In this document: positions 8,890-17,875 of the stretch, piece after piece
Position numbering within the stretch: the first letter of the stretch is position 1
Layout: each line of letters starts with the position of its first letter
Source of the DNA: Nitrosopumilaceae archaeon
GTDB lineage: Archaea > Thermoproteota > Nitrososphaeria > Nitrososphaerales > Nitrosopumilaceae
DNA: 64,000 bases
Assembly (NCBI GenBank): GCA_049414205.1
Contig: JBMSGE010000002.1
Location: 7,207-71,206 of the forward strand
Direction: 5' to 3'
Translations under genes and position numbers: made by a program
Notes under the pieces: generated by a model
What the model was told of the DNA's origin: nothing
Database searches by the model: none
Seen by the model: the letters and a program-made list of their open reading frames with translations, nothing else

Positions 8890-9447
8890 ATGAAAAGAAC
8901 AACGGAAGGTATGACAAAAAGTACTTTTCAGATGCCCAAATTAACTGAAAAAGACATCGCTGAATATGTGTTGGAAAGATTTTATGAACTAAAAGAAGTA
9001 CCTCGTATGCAAGATTTAGTAACTTTTCATTCCAACAATAAGTATCTCATAATGGCCCACAGCCAAGTTCATCTAAAGGAATTGGGTAATGTTGTAGCAA
9101 ATCATGAAAAGCAACCATTAAAAAAAGTCCTAAATGATTACCAAAAAATTCTCATAACAACCCTTAAAATAAAACCCACGGTAAAAACCCACATTAATGC
9201 ATTAATGCATATTTTTGGGTTTTTTGGAAAATATCTAAGTCAAAAAGAAAAATCTATTTTCATGCAATTCATTAAAGGATATAGAGAAGACAAAATAAAA
9301 TTAGGAAAAATATTGTCAGAGATTGAGCCAATTACTTACAAAATAAACAATCTATATTTGATTAGTCAAACTTACTTTCTGTTGTATTCTGATCCCAATA
9401 TGGGGAATGTGTTTAACAGAGTTAGCATAAAATCGTTTAGAGATTAG
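8890..9447 (+). CDS. DUF1722 (YbgA-like) protein
   Basis: 'LVTFHSNNKYLIMAHSQVHLKELG' and 'HINALMHIFGFF...LSQKEK' recall the YbgA/DUF1722 family. In E. coli that gene is linked to the photolyase gene. Confidence 0.65.
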   Translation: MKRTTEGMTKSTFQMPKLTEKDIAEYVLERFYELKEVPRMQDLVTFHSNNKYLIMAHSQVHLKELGNVVANHEKQPLKKVLNDYQKILITTLKIKPTVKTHINALMHIFGFFGKYLSQKEKSIFMQFIKGYREDKIKLGKILSEIEPITYKINNLYLISQTYFLLYSDPNMGNVFNRVSIKSFRD

Positions 9448-9477
9448 ATAGAAAAGAATTTTATTAAAAATTATTTT

Positions 9478-10869
9478 TTAGATAGGTTTGCCTTTGTATT
9501 GGTAATCTATTACCTTGTGGAACAAATTATGAGAGGCAATAATTGCAACCACAGTAATTGCTATCCCCACAAAGTTCCTGATAATAACGGCCTCAGAAGG
9601 CTGAGTTGCAATAAGAGACATCTGAAATACAACATGGAAGTTATCAAATAGCCAAAACGCCATAGTCACCCAGGTTAAGACCCCTGCCATCAAATATCCT
9701 AATCGGGTTTTGTTATACACAAACAATATTGAAAACCCAATTGCAACATACCAAATTCCTGATGCCAATAACCAAAGGGGCTCATATACGTCAGGCCTAT
9801 TATCAAGCCAATAGTAAGTAGAGCCACAAATAGCATATGCAAAAAGACTCACCATGAGAATTTTTTGGTTTATTTTAAATCCAGTTTTCTCTTCTTTTTT
9901 ATTATGATTAGGCGGATTTTTTTGTATTTCTTTAGTTGCAATATCAATTGCATCTCTTACGGATTTTAGATGTAATGGAATTATTTTTTGAATCTCATCG
10001 TTTTGTACTACAGTGTCATGTACTAAGCTGTCAATCAGAGGTCTTGCAAGCGAAGCTTTAACCGGAGTGATAAGATCCACCCAATAAGACGACAATCTAG
10101 TTGTTAAAAATGGGATTTGTAAAATAAACAAATTTTTGTTTAGATATGCAGAGTAAACCCGCATTAATTCCTCATAGGTCATTTTATCAGGACCGCCAAT
10201 ATCATATATTTTCCCTGATGTTTCTTCATGTTCCATGCACCCCACAAGATATTCTACCACATCATCCACTGCAATTGGTTGTGCGAGAGATTTTACCCAG
10301 GAAGGACAGACCATAAATCGTAATCGTTCTACAAGGTATCGTAACATTGCATAAGATCCACCCTCTGCACCAATTATCAATGAAGCTCTAAGTTCTGTAA
10401 CAGGAATCCTTCCAGAGGACAGAATCTCCCCTACTTCTTTTCTACTTTTCATATGTGGAGAAAGTTCATGATCAGTATTGACTAAGCCTCCAAGATAGAT
10501 TATTCGTTTAACACCTGCTTTGGTAGCTGCATTTAAGAAATTTTCTGCCTGAATTTTTTCTCTTGCGGCAAAATCTTTCCATTTTTCTTTGCTTCCTTCC
10601 ATAGAGTGTAGAAGGTAGTATGCAGTTTCTATCCCTCTTAAGGAATTTGTTAATTCTTCCAAATCAAAAACATCAGTTTTTACAAATTTAATTTGAGGTC
10701 TGTCACCTATTTCTTTTCTAGACATTCCTTTTACAGAATAGCCTCTTTTAACAAGAGAATCAAGTAAGCGAGATCCAATAAAACCGGTAGCGCCTGTGAC
10801 CATTATAGAGTAAGGGCTTTTTTGCATAGACGCTACCTTCTCAATTTCTTGTTTCAATTTAAATTGCAC
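9478..10869 (-). CDS. NAD(P)-binding NmrA/SDR-like oxidoreductase with a C-terminal multi-TM domain
   Basis: Rossmann motif VTGATGFIGSRL near the N-terminus. About 4 hydrophobic helices occupy the last 130 aa or so. Confidence 0.8.
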   Translation of the reverse strand: MQFKLKQEIEKVASMQKSPYSIMVTGATGFIGSRLLDSLVKRGYSVKGMSRKEIGDRPQIKFVKTDVFDLEELTNSLRGIETAYYLLHSMEGSKEKWKDFAAREKIQAENFLNAATKAGVKRIIYLGGLVNTDHELSPHMKSRKEVGEILSSGRIPVTELRASLIIGAEGGSYAMLRYLVERLRFMVCPSWVKSLAQPIAVDDVVEYLVGCMEHEETSGKIYDIGGPDKMTYEELMRVYSAYLNKNLFILQIPFLTTRLSSYWVDLITPVKASLARPLIDSLVHDTVVQNDEIQKIIPLHLKSVRDAIDIATKEIQKNPPNHNKKEEKTGFKINQKILMVSLFAYAICGSTYYWLDNRPDVYEPLWLLASGIWYVAIGFSILFVYNKTRLGYLMAGVLTWVTMAFWLFDNFHVVFQMSLIATQPSEAVIIRNFVGIAITVVAIIASHNLFHKVIDYQYKGKPI

Positions 10870-11092
10870 CCACTCTAGTTGGTTTTTCTCGTTTTCTCTC
10901 TCGTTTTACTTTGAGTCCAAATCCAATTGTTGCTGCGCCTATGGCCGTCCAGAATATGCCTCCCATTCCATATGCAGAATGTAAGGTATAATCCAATTCT
11001 CCAGCAATTGCAAATCCTGCGCCTAATGCGGTAATTACACCACCAGCTGTTACTATCGTTTTATCCAAAAATTTCACCTCCCACAAATTCAA
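10859..11092 (-). CDS. small membrane protein (start uncertain)
   Basis: Gly/Ala-rich TM helices. Overlaps the downstream gene by 11 nt. An alternative TTG at 11068 is preceded by GGAGGTGA. Confidence 0.5.
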   Translation of the reverse strand: MNLWEVKFLDKTIVTAGGVITALGAGFAIAGELDYTLHSAYGMGGIFWTAIGAATIGFGLKVKRERKREKPTRVGAI

Positions 11093-11183
11093 AATTTTGA
11101 GTTTTGGTCAGTGTTTGTTTGTTATCGTCTTGTTTTTCAATTATGTTATCATGTGTTTTCATGATAGTAGTGTTGTTTTTATT

Positions 11184-11221
11184 TTATTTAAACTGGTGGT
11201 AAATTTTCTCTCTAGTGCTAA
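11184..11221 (-). promoter_or_regulatory. promoter of the 11162/11092-9478 operon
   Basis: Minus-strand read: TTAGCACTAG-AGAGAAAATTTACCACCAGT-TTAAATAA, then 21 nt to the ATG at 11162. Nearly the same module as at 7670-7707. Confidence 0.6.
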
Positions 11222-11275
11222 TATGAAGATAGAGGAGTGGTTTAGATAGACGATGCTGATAAGATTGTAAACAAA

Positions 11276-11312
11276 TTAGCACTAGGTTTCTTTATTGGCA
11301 TTTATTAAATAC
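11276..11312 (+). promoter_or_regulatory. promoter of the B12-binding regulator gene
   Basis: TTAGCACTAG-GTTTCTTTA-TTGGCATTTA-TTAAATAC. This lies inside the 5' end of the ORF-track model, so the real start is probably the in-frame TTG at 11337. Confidence 0.55.
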
Positions 11313-12179
11313 AAGATACTAAAAAGGAGAAATGGCTTGGTATACATTAGAGCAAAAAAGATCAAAGGAGATCAGTACCTATACCTCGTAAAAAGTGTCT
11401 GGGATAAACAAAAAAACACATCTAGGCAGGAAATTGTAAAGTATCTAGGAAAGGCCTCTTCAGTAGTTAAAGACGACATTCCTCCTGATTATAGGAATGA
11501 TCCCAAAATCATATCATTTTTGTCAGCTTACAATCCCGAAGATATGAAAAAAAGAGAGGAGGCAAGGAAAAAAACTCAAGATATACTATATAAAAAATTC
11601 ACCCAAGGAGACATCAAAGCTTCTTTAAAAATTTTTGAAGATTACGAGAAACTATTCAGTACAGCCGACTTTTTTGACAAGATCTTAAGATCAGTGATGC
11701 ATAAAATTGGGGATGATTGGGCAAATAACAAAATCAGTATAGCAACAGAACATGTAGCATCAAACGTGGCGCAAGGATTAGTGAAAATAATAATGGACAG
11801 GAATCAAGGTGAGTCAAGTAAGAAGAAGGTTCTAATTTGCATTCCTCAAGGAGAGGAACATCGCTTAGGGTGTGATGTTTTGGAAACTTTTCTTAGTTCA
11901 AAAGGTTTCAAAGTATACAATCTTGCAAATGGAGCTCCAAATGAATCGATAGTTAGCTTTGTCGAAACAACCAAACCTGATGTTATTTTTGTATCAATCA
12001 CATTGGATGATAATATTAAACCTGGTCAGCGTCTTGTAAAGAAAATTTCTGATTCTTTTGACGTTCCAATTTTTGTTGGAGGTTTTGCTTTAGAAAATGA
12101 AAAAACACCAAAGTTCAATGCCACTGTGTTGAAGGATATTTCATTGGAGCAGATTCCGAGAATAATAAAAGCTGCTTGA
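11295..12179 (+). CDS. CarH-like cobalamin (AdoB12)-binding photoreceptor-type protein with a non-MerR N-terminal domain
   Basis: W-x9-EH (DDWANNKISIATEH), then 36 residues to E-x-H-x-x-G (GEEHRLG), then SxL (VSITL) and GG (VGGFAL). This gives B12-binding_2 plus B12-binding domains. The likely true start is TTG 11337: (M)VYIRAKKIKGDQYLYLVKS. Confidence 0.8.
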   Translation: MAFIKYKILKRRNGLVYIRAKKIKGDQYLYLVKSVWDKQKNTSRQEIVKYLGKASSVVKDDIPPDYRNDPKIISFLSAYNPEDMKKREEARKKTQDILYKKFTQGDIKASLKIFEDYEKLFSTADFFDKILRSVMHKIGDDWANNKISIATEHVASNVAQGLVKIIMDRNQGESSKKKVLICIPQGEEHRLGCDVLETFLSSKGFKVYNLANGAPNESIVSFVETTKPDVIFVSITLDDNIKPGQRLVKKISDSFDVPIFVGGFALENEKTPKFNATVLKDISLEQIPRIIKAA

Positions 12180-12180
12180 C

Positions 12181-13539
12181 CTAAACTGTAGAGATTACAA
12201 ATTTTTGTTTTTGCAAGTATTCCATAATCTTTGGATAGCATAAAAGCGAGCTGTGAGCAGCCGAATCTGTCCCTATCCCATAACTCACAGTAGAATCCCC
12301 AATAAAGAAAAGTCCATCAACACCTTTTACTTGATGAGGCATTTTGGATTTCCATACTTTGCCAGGTTTTTTTACAACAGATTCCACTAAACTCCAAGCC
12401 ATAGGTCTTTCCCATAACAGGGACTTTTCAAAATCAGGATAGATGTGATTGATTTCATTTTTCATTTTTTCTACAGTTTCCTTGATTTTTTGTACATTTT
12501 TTACATGATCTGGTGGGACAGGAGTTCCAGCAATTATGAGGTGTTCTCCTCGAGGAGAGACTTTTGGAGTCATATTAGATATAAAGAAAATTCCCTTAGC
12601 AGTGTAATGTTTTCCAACTGGAAATACAACATGTCTTTTATCCAATTTTTTAGATAGTGCAAAATGAACTTCTATTACAGCGGTAGTATCATTAAGGGTA
12701 TTGACCTTTTGAATGAATTTTTGATCAAAAACTTTCTTGTCAAACAATTGATTTATTGCATGATATGCAGGATAAGAAATAACAACACAATCATGCTTGT
12801 GGAAATTTCCATGCTGATCAATTAATCCCGTTACACGTCCATCTTGAACTATTATTCTTTTAATTGAATTTTTTAAGAATACTTTGTTTTTGTTTATTTC
12901 AATATAGTCTTTCAAAATTTTAGAAATCTTGTCATATCCACCTTCAGCAGGATATGCAAACTCACTAGTTCCCCCTTTGAATGGGTTTGCTCGAATTATT
13001 GTTCGTGTGAATTCACCTAAAGAGATATTTTTTGCCGAATCTGCAAAGGCCAGCATACATACAGCCTCGAAAAAAGCATTTGTTTTCTCATCTAGATTTT
13101 TCGTAATATCCAAAAGAGAAGTATCATCCCATGATTCTGTCTTTTCCATAGAAGAAAAGGCCAAGGGTATTAGGATTTTTAATAAAGATAGTCTACTTTT
13201 GAAAGGAACCATAGATAATTTCAATAAATCAAGAATCCCCTTTGGATAAAGATGAAATTTATCTCCTGAAAAAAAGGCTATATCGTCAACTTTTTCTAAT
13301 TTCAAGTGCGATTCAATACCAATTCTTTTCAAAATTTTGTAAATTGCAGATTGTGTGTAAAATGGCATAATATGAAATCCATTATCTAGCAGATGCCCCT
13401 TATAGTAGATGGAGGCAGTTCTACCACCCACCTTGCCATATTTTTCATATATCTCAGTCGATATTTTTTGTTTTGTTAAAAGGGCACCCAAGGTTAATCC
13501 ACCCACACCTGCACCAATTATGGCGACGTTATTTTTCAA
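12181..13539 (-). CDS. FAD-dependent oxidoreductase, phytoene-desaturase (CrtI/CrtD) family
   Basis: N-terminal dinucleotide fold VAIIGAGVGGLTLGALL...E. 452 aa with C-terminal 'FFIGDSTVSYGIG'. Confidence 0.8.
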   Translation of the reverse strand: MKNNVAIIGAGVGGLTLGALLTKQKISTEIYEKYGKVGGRTASIYYKGHLLDNGFHIMPFYTQSAIYKILKRIGIESHLKLEKVDDIAFFSGDKFHLYPKGILDLLKLSMVPFKSRLSLLKILIPLAFSSMEKTESWDDTSLLDITKNLDEKTNAFFEAVCMLAFADSAKNISLGEFTRTIIRANPFKGGTSEFAYPAEGGYDKISKILKDYIEINKNKVFLKNSIKRIIVQDGRVTGLIDQHGNFHKHDCVVISYPAYHAINQLFDKKVFDQKFIQKVNTLNDTTAVIEVHFALSKKLDKRHVVFPVGKHYTAKGIFFISNMTPKVSPRGEHLIIAGTPVPPDHVKNVQKIKETVEKMKNEINHIYPDFEKSLLWERPMAWSLVESVVKKPGKVWKSKMPHQVKGVDGLFFIGDSTVSYGIGTDSAAHSSLLCYPKIMEYLQKQKFVISTV

Positions 13540-13559
13540 TATACAGTATAGGAGGTTTT

Positions 13560-13598
13560 TGTATATATGCAGTTAGCATTATCATCTTATAGTGCCAA
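13560..13598 (-). promoter_or_regulatory. promoter of the CrtI-like gene
   Basis: Minus-strand read: TTGGCACTAT, then 21 nt, then TATATACA, then 20 nt to the TTG at 13539. Confidence 0.5.
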
Positions 13599-13605
13599 CG
13601 GCAAT

Positions 13606-14049
13606 CTAAACAACAGCATTTTGATTTACCTCACAACTATGAATAAATTCATCCATGATTTTGTTTATTTTTTTTTCAATAAAGAATTTTGCAGGATAAA
13701 GAAGTTTAAAGAATCCGTTAAACTTTAACTGTACTTTTATTTCCACTTTTGTTCCATCATCTAATTCTTCATAACATTCAAGAAAAGATGAGCCAGTAAG
13801 AGGTCCAGACAAAATATTAATTTCGTGAATATTTGGCTTTGAAATTTTATGTTTAGTTTGAACCCTTAGAGAAGTTCCCAAAAATGAAAGATCTTCATCA
13901 ACAAAAATTTCTGAATTTATAATTTTGGTTATGCGCAAAGAGCGAAAATAATTAGGCATCAAATTTGAAAAATTTTCAATATCCGTACTAATCTCAAAAA
14001 TTTTTTTTCTATCAACATGAGTGTTTCTAGATATTTTAAGAATTAGCAT
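13606..14049 (-). CDS. SRPBCC/polyketide-cyclase-like protein
   Basis: 147 aa with an SRPBCC-like pattern (IFEISTDIENFSNLMPNYF...). Overlaps the upstream ORF by 7 nt. Confidence 0.6.
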   Translation of the reverse strand: MLILKISRNTHVDRKKIFEISTDIENFSNLMPNYFRSLRITKIINSEIFVDEDLSFLGTSLRVQTKHKISKPNIHEINILSGPLTGSSFLECYEELDDGTKVEIKVQLKFNGFFKLLYPAKFFIEKKINKIMDEFIHSCEVNQNAVV

Positions 14050-14408
14050 GATATTGAGACCTTTGACAAATAATCTTGTAAATTGGTTTTCCCAATAGGT
14101 AAATCAGGATACAGTTTTTTAATGAAATCACATAAAAGTACCATGCTTATTTTCACTGAATCAGTTTTTTTCGGATCGGTTAATGGGTACAACCTTATTG
14201 TTGTTTTGCCCTTACTTGCCAATACTTCAATGAAAAACTCTTGGCTTTCTTGATCAATTACAAGAGTGTGAACTAGTGCATTTTTCTTAGACGAGCTAAC
14301 ATACATTTCTTTGAGCCGTATTATACAAGGATTTTTTTTAAGTATGACTTGAAATTGACCTTGGATTTTCTCAAGATCCACATCCCCATTTAGAACTATG
14401 TGAGGCAT
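14043..14408 (-). CDS. hypothetical protein
   Basis: 121-aa ORF lying in an operon between the Zn-ribbon ORF and the SRPBCC gene. Confidence 0.55.
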   Translation of the reverse strand: MPHIVLNGDVDLEKIQGQFQVILKKNPCIIRLKEMYVSSSKKNALVHTLVIDQESQEFFIEVLASKGKTTIRLYPLTDPKKTDSVKISMVLLCDFIKKLYPDLPIGKTNLQDYLSKVSISC

Positions 14409-14443
14409 TTTATCCTCACCATACTAGAAAACACCATTTACCA

Positions 14444-14623
14444 TCACACTGTGAACAATTTTTCCTTGAATTCATCAACAAACATGTAGACTTTGCATCT
14501 AGTACATGCCAAGAAATCTTTTGATTTTTTCCCCCCAGTGGCAGTTACTAGGACTAATGCCTTGCGTCGACATTTAGGACATTCGGCCTCAAGGTCTCTT
14601 CTGTTCGAGTATTGTAAATTCAT
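14444..14623 (-). CDS. zinc-ribbon microprotein (59 aa, below the track cutoff)
   Basis: Own translation: MNLQYSNRRDLEAECPKCRRKALVLVTATGGKKSKDFLACTRCKVYMFVDEFKEKLFTV. The ATG lies exactly 20 nt after a module-type TATA. Confidence 0.55.
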   Translation of the reverse strand: MNLQYSNRRDLEAECPKCRRKALVLVTATGGKKSKDFLACTRCKVYMFVDEFKEKLFTV

Positions 14624-14643
14624 AGACTTACTTGGCTAAAATG

Positions 14644-14680
14644 ATATTTAACTAATGCCAACTAAAATTTATAGTGCTAA
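14644..14680 (-). promoter_or_regulatory. promoter of the 14623-13606 operon
   Basis: Minus-strand read: TTAGCACTAT-AAATTTTAG-TTGGCATTAG-TTAAATAT, then 20 nt to the ATG at 14623. Confidence 0.6.
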
Positions 14681-14770
14681 TTTTTCAAAAATATGAATTG
14701 GAAATTAACTAAATGTTTTTACTTTTCTAATTAAAGAATCCTATTTAGATAATTTGTACAAATATAACTT

Positions 14771-15034
14771 ATGAAAAAAATTATTCCTTTTCTCATGGTT
14801 GGAATTCCATTATGTTTATCAGTGATATTCATTGTAAATACCATAGAGTCGCAAACATTTCCATTGTTAAGGGACGATACATTAACTGATGAGGAAAATA
14901 TTCATCAAACCTACAAATCAGGTTTGGAATATTGTAAAAAATCATACCAACCTACAATTATTTCTGAAAATAATGAATTCAAAAAATGTATAGATTCAGT
15001 TGAAAAGTGGTATTTGAAAAATAAACAAAAATAG
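14771..15034 (+). CDS. small secreted or membrane-anchored protein
   Basis: 87 aa with the hydrophobic N-terminus MKKIIPFLMVGIPLCLSVIFIV. Confidence 0.45.
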   Translation: MKKIIPFLMVGIPLCLSVIFIVNTIESQTFPLLRDDTLTDEENIHQTYKSGLEYCKKSYQPTIISENNEFKKCIDSVEKWYLKNKQK

Positions 15035-15071
15035 GATTTAACTTAGAATTGGTAATAAACTACAATTATAA

Positions 15072-15617
15072 TTATTGTATATTGAATTTTTTCTTCAAAG
15101 TTTTTCCCATTAATTGAAGAGAAAATCTGCATACAGATGGGTTAAGTGTAAAAAATCCCCTAAATTTTCCGTCCTCAAATTCTTCGGCAATTAGTCCAAA
15201 GGGACCATAAGGACCTCTTGTAATTACACTCCACACATTTACGAGATCAGTGTTTTTGCAGTTAATTATCTCAATTTTAGAAGGTGTTTCTATTGTGGTT
15301 TTACCAAAATTGGCAATAACCCAAATTTTAGGAATTTTTTCGACCATTTGTTGGTATCTTTTTTCTACAAATTTGTACCTCGCTATTTCTTCAAAAGTTG
15401 CAAGCAATGGCTCTCCATTTTCTTTGGCATATTTTTCTATTAGAGTGCTAAGATGGTACAGAGGTTTTCTATCTGCATGAAAATTATGATATCCCTTTTC
15501 AATGAAATCATCAAATTTCCAAAGAGGGAGTTTAGATTCATCTAAGTTATGCCATTCAGCGAGTTGAGGAAATTCTTCCCATACCTTTCCAACAAAACCA
15601 GAATAAGGAGAGGACAT
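15072..15617 (-). CDS. hypothetical protein
   Basis: 181-aa ORF with globular composition. I recognise no motif with confidence. Confidence 0.55.
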   Translation of the reverse strand: MSSPYSGFVGKVWEEFPQLAEWHNLDESKLPLWKFDDFIEKGYHNFHADRKPLYHLSTLIEKYAKENGEPLLATFEEIARYKFVEKRYQQMVEKIPKIWVIANFGKTTIETPSKIEIINCKNTDLVNVWSVITRGPYGPFGLIAEEFEDGKFRGFFTLNPSVCRFSLQLMGKTLKKKFNIQ

Positions 15618-15715
15618 ACTTTGTTATTTTCATGATAACATTTAAGGAAATCTTTTAAAATCTAGATCTTGCTTCGACGAAATTGTTTTTATGCAATAAT
15701 TCTATTAGATAGGTA

Positions 15716-16120
15716 ATGTCTCGATATGAAAAAATGTTAAACATGATAATGGATTTTAATAGTTCCATAAGGTTGGCAGTGATAAGCGATACTGCAGGGG
15801 ACATTCTTTGGAATTCTAAAAGAAAAGATGTTACTTTAAAAATTCCACTTTCTGAAACCAAAAAAGCTCTCAAACGAGAAGCATCCGATTGGGTAGAGAG
15901 ATGCAAACTAGAAGATAGCAGCAACATAGGAAGAGGAATGTATAACATTACATCCTTTGAAAAGATAAAGAGAATATCAATACCAATTGATGCATTTCAT
16001 CTGCTATTCATCAGTGTAGATAACGAGCCTCTAAAAAAGAGTAAAACAAAAAGCTATGGGAAATTAGTAGAAATGGGAAAAATAATGTCCATAGTAGACT
16101 TTGCAAATACTTTTGAATAA
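15716..16120 (+). CDS. paralogue family A member 1 (possibly roadblock/LC7-like fold)
   Basis: About 50% identical to 21545..21943 and more distantly related to 32365..32721. 'IRLAVISDTAGDILW' resembles a roadblock-type beta-strand. Confidence 0.65.
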   Translation: MSRYEKMLNMIMDFNSSIRLAVISDTAGDILWNSKRKDVTLKIPLSETKKALKREASDWVERCKLEDSSNIGRGMYNITSFEKIKRISIPIDAFHLLFISVDNEPLKKSKTKSYGKLVEMGKIMSIVDFANTFE

Positions 16121-16155
16121 AAACAAAAATACAAAATTTTTTAATTTTTAATAAT

Positions 16156-16524
16156 CTAAATTTGTTCACTTAGTTTTTTTAATTTTTTGACATCAGTAAT
16201 TTCAATATGGTTGCTAAGAGTTACAATTTTTGCTAATTTTGGATTAGCATCTTTTCCCAATTTTAGTACAGTGTCACCCCTGAATCTTATTTCCATAGTA
16301 ATGTTTTGTTGGCTAAGATTTTTGGCAAGATTTTTGGCTTGAGAAAGTTGCTTTATCAATCCAGGTTTTTTAGAAAGTGTGATTGGAATTTCGAGTATAT
16401 CAAGAATTCTGGAATTTCCCAGAGTTTGAAAATTAATAGACGGAGTATTATTTGTAGAAATTTGTACAGCACCTTTTTCTAAATAAGTTAAAAAATTGGC
16501 GGAGAGGTTTTTTTCCATTCTCAT
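16156..16524 (-). CDS. hypothetical protein
   Basis: 122-aa ORF lying 5 nt downstream of 16530..16715. Confidence 0.5.
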   Translation of the reverse strand: MRMEKNLSANFLTYLEKGAVQISTNNTPSINFQTLGNSRILDILEIPITLSKKPGLIKQLSQAKNLAKNLSQQNITMEIRFRGDTVLKLGKDANPKLAKIVTLSNHIEITDVKKLKKLSEQI

Positions 16525-16529
16525 CCTAC

Positions 16530-16715
16530 CTACTTTGCAGTAATTGTCAGTTTTCCATTTAAGGAAACTGTTCCTGTGGGAACTATTTTGCCACCTTTTT
16601 CAACCTTGCCTTTCATTTCCAAATCATCAAACGCATAAGTGATGGAGGCATGTTTTTGGGTCAGTTTGTCAAAAACTTCTGCTAGCAAATTAGCCCATTC
16701 TTGTTCTTCAGTCAT
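16530..16715 (-). CDS. hypothetical small protein
   Basis: 61 aa. The ATG lies 20 nt after a module-type TATA. Confidence 0.5.
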   Translation of the reverse strand: MTEEQEWANLLAEVFDKLTQKHASITYAFDDLEMKGKVEKGGKIVPTGTVSLNGKLTITAK

Positions 16716-16735
16716 AAAGTCTGTTTGTTAGCATA

Positions 16736-16772
16736 ATATTTAACCTAGTGATAAATTTTGTACTAGTGCCAA
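16736..16772 (-). promoter_or_regulatory. promoter of the 16715-16156 operon
   Basis: Minus-strand read: TTGGCACTAG-TACAAAAT-TTATCACTAGG-TTAAATAT, then 20 nt to the ATG at 16715. Confidence 0.6.
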
Positions 16773-16915
16773 TTTTTGAAAAACAACATATTAACGATTA
16801 GATTTGAATTATTTTGCAACTGCAAAATTAATGTTAGTGTGAGTTTTAATTATTAAAAAATTTTAATCTATTTTCTTACTGTTGTAAAAAATTGTTTGGA
16901 TTTTAAAAATAGAAT

Positions 16916-16951
16916 TTAACACTAGAAAAGTTATTGGTCTTTGTATAAATT
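16916..16951 (+). promoter_or_regulatory. promoter of TFB paralogue 2
   Basis: TTAACACTAG, then 18 nt including TTGGTCTTTG, then TATAAATT, then 21 nt to the ATG at 16973. Confidence 0.5.
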
Positions 16952-16972
16952 TTGTAAACACCATAATAGAGC

Positions 16973-17875
16973 ATGAGCAAAAAAAGTCAAAAAAAGATTT
17001 GCAAACATGGTTTGGTAATTACAGATTTTGTCACAGGTGAAATTTCATGTGGGCATTGTGGAGTAGTAATATCAGAGAAAAATGTTGTCATAGGTCAAGA
17101 AACTACAGGTCATGCCAATAACGAGTATCAAGGAATGGTAAGAACGGGACAACAAATTTCATTAAAAATGGCAGACATGGGATTGTCCACCATAATCGAA
17201 TCTCAAGACAAGGATTCTTCTGGAAAATCTCTTTCTGTAGACAATAAAAGATCCTTTTATCGATTAAGAATGTGGGACAGGAATAGCAGACATGCCATTA
17301 CAAATCAATCATTTGTTAGTGCATTTACACTACTAGATGGAATAAGATCTAAATTGGCTTTGCCAGATCATGTGGTAGAGAAAACGGCATATATTTTTAG
17401 AAAAGCTCATCAAAAAAAACTCTTACCGGGACGTTCAACTCAGGTTATTTTATGCGCATCCGTTTATTTGGCATGCAGGATGACAGATACGCCGCGAACG
17501 CTTACAGATATTGCTGTTGCCGCAGGAGTGAAAAAGAAGGCAGTGCAACGAGCATATCGTTTCCTTACAAGAGAATTAGGAGCATATACCAAGGCCTACA
17601 ATCCGAGCGAATTTGTCTCAAGAATTTCAAATGAAGTTAGGATTTCAGAAAAATCAAAATCATATGCCCGAGAAATTCTGAAGTTAGGTAACGAAAAGGG
17701 AATTACCGAAGGTAAAAATCCAATGTCTATGGCAGCAGCCGCTGTGTATTTGGCTGTTAAAAAAAATCATGAGAAAATTCCGCAGACACGAATTTCAATA
17801 GCAGCTGGAATTAGCGCAGTAACCATTAGAAACAGAGTAAAAGAATTACTTGTGATTGAGAGAAAGGAGCATTAG
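16973..17875 (+). CDS. tfb: transcription initiation factor B (TFB/TFIIB) paralogue 2
   Basis: 300 aa and about 50% identical to 6547..7449. Ribbon is CKH...CGHCG, followed by two cyclin folds. C-terminal 'IAAGISAVTIRNRVKEL'. Confidence 0.9.
   Translation: MSKKSQKKICKHGLVITDFVTGEISCGHCGVVISEKNVVIGQETTGHANNEYQGMVRTGQQISLKMADMGLSTIIESQDKDSSGKSLSVDNKRSFYRLRMWDRNSRHAITNQSFVSAFTLLDGIRSKLALPDHVVEKTAYIFRKAHQKKLLPGRSTQVILCASVYLACRMTDTPRTLTDIAVAAGVKKKAVQRAYRFLTRELGAYTKAYNPSEFVSRISNEVRISEKSKSYAREILKLGNEKGITEGKNPMSMAAAAVYLAVKKNHEKIPQTRISIAAGISAVTIRNRVKELLVIERKEH

Noticed and set aside
11295-11336. N-terminal 14 codons of the track model for the B12-binding protein.
   Set aside because: They coincide with the proximal box and the TATA (11305-11312) of a promoter whose geometry matches nine others. 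The in-frame TTG at 11337 is the more likely start.
11337-11460. Possible mobile element, suggested because the motif 'KGDQYLYLVKS...RQEIVKYLGK' recalls N-termini of some IS-family transposases.
   Set aside because: No transposase catalytic domain, terminal inverted repeats or target duplications are present. The rest of the protein is a B12-binding module.
15072-15617. Tentative recollection that this 181-aa protein resembles a DICT-type sensory domain.
   Set aside because: I cannot point to a diagnostic motif, so it is left as hypothetical.
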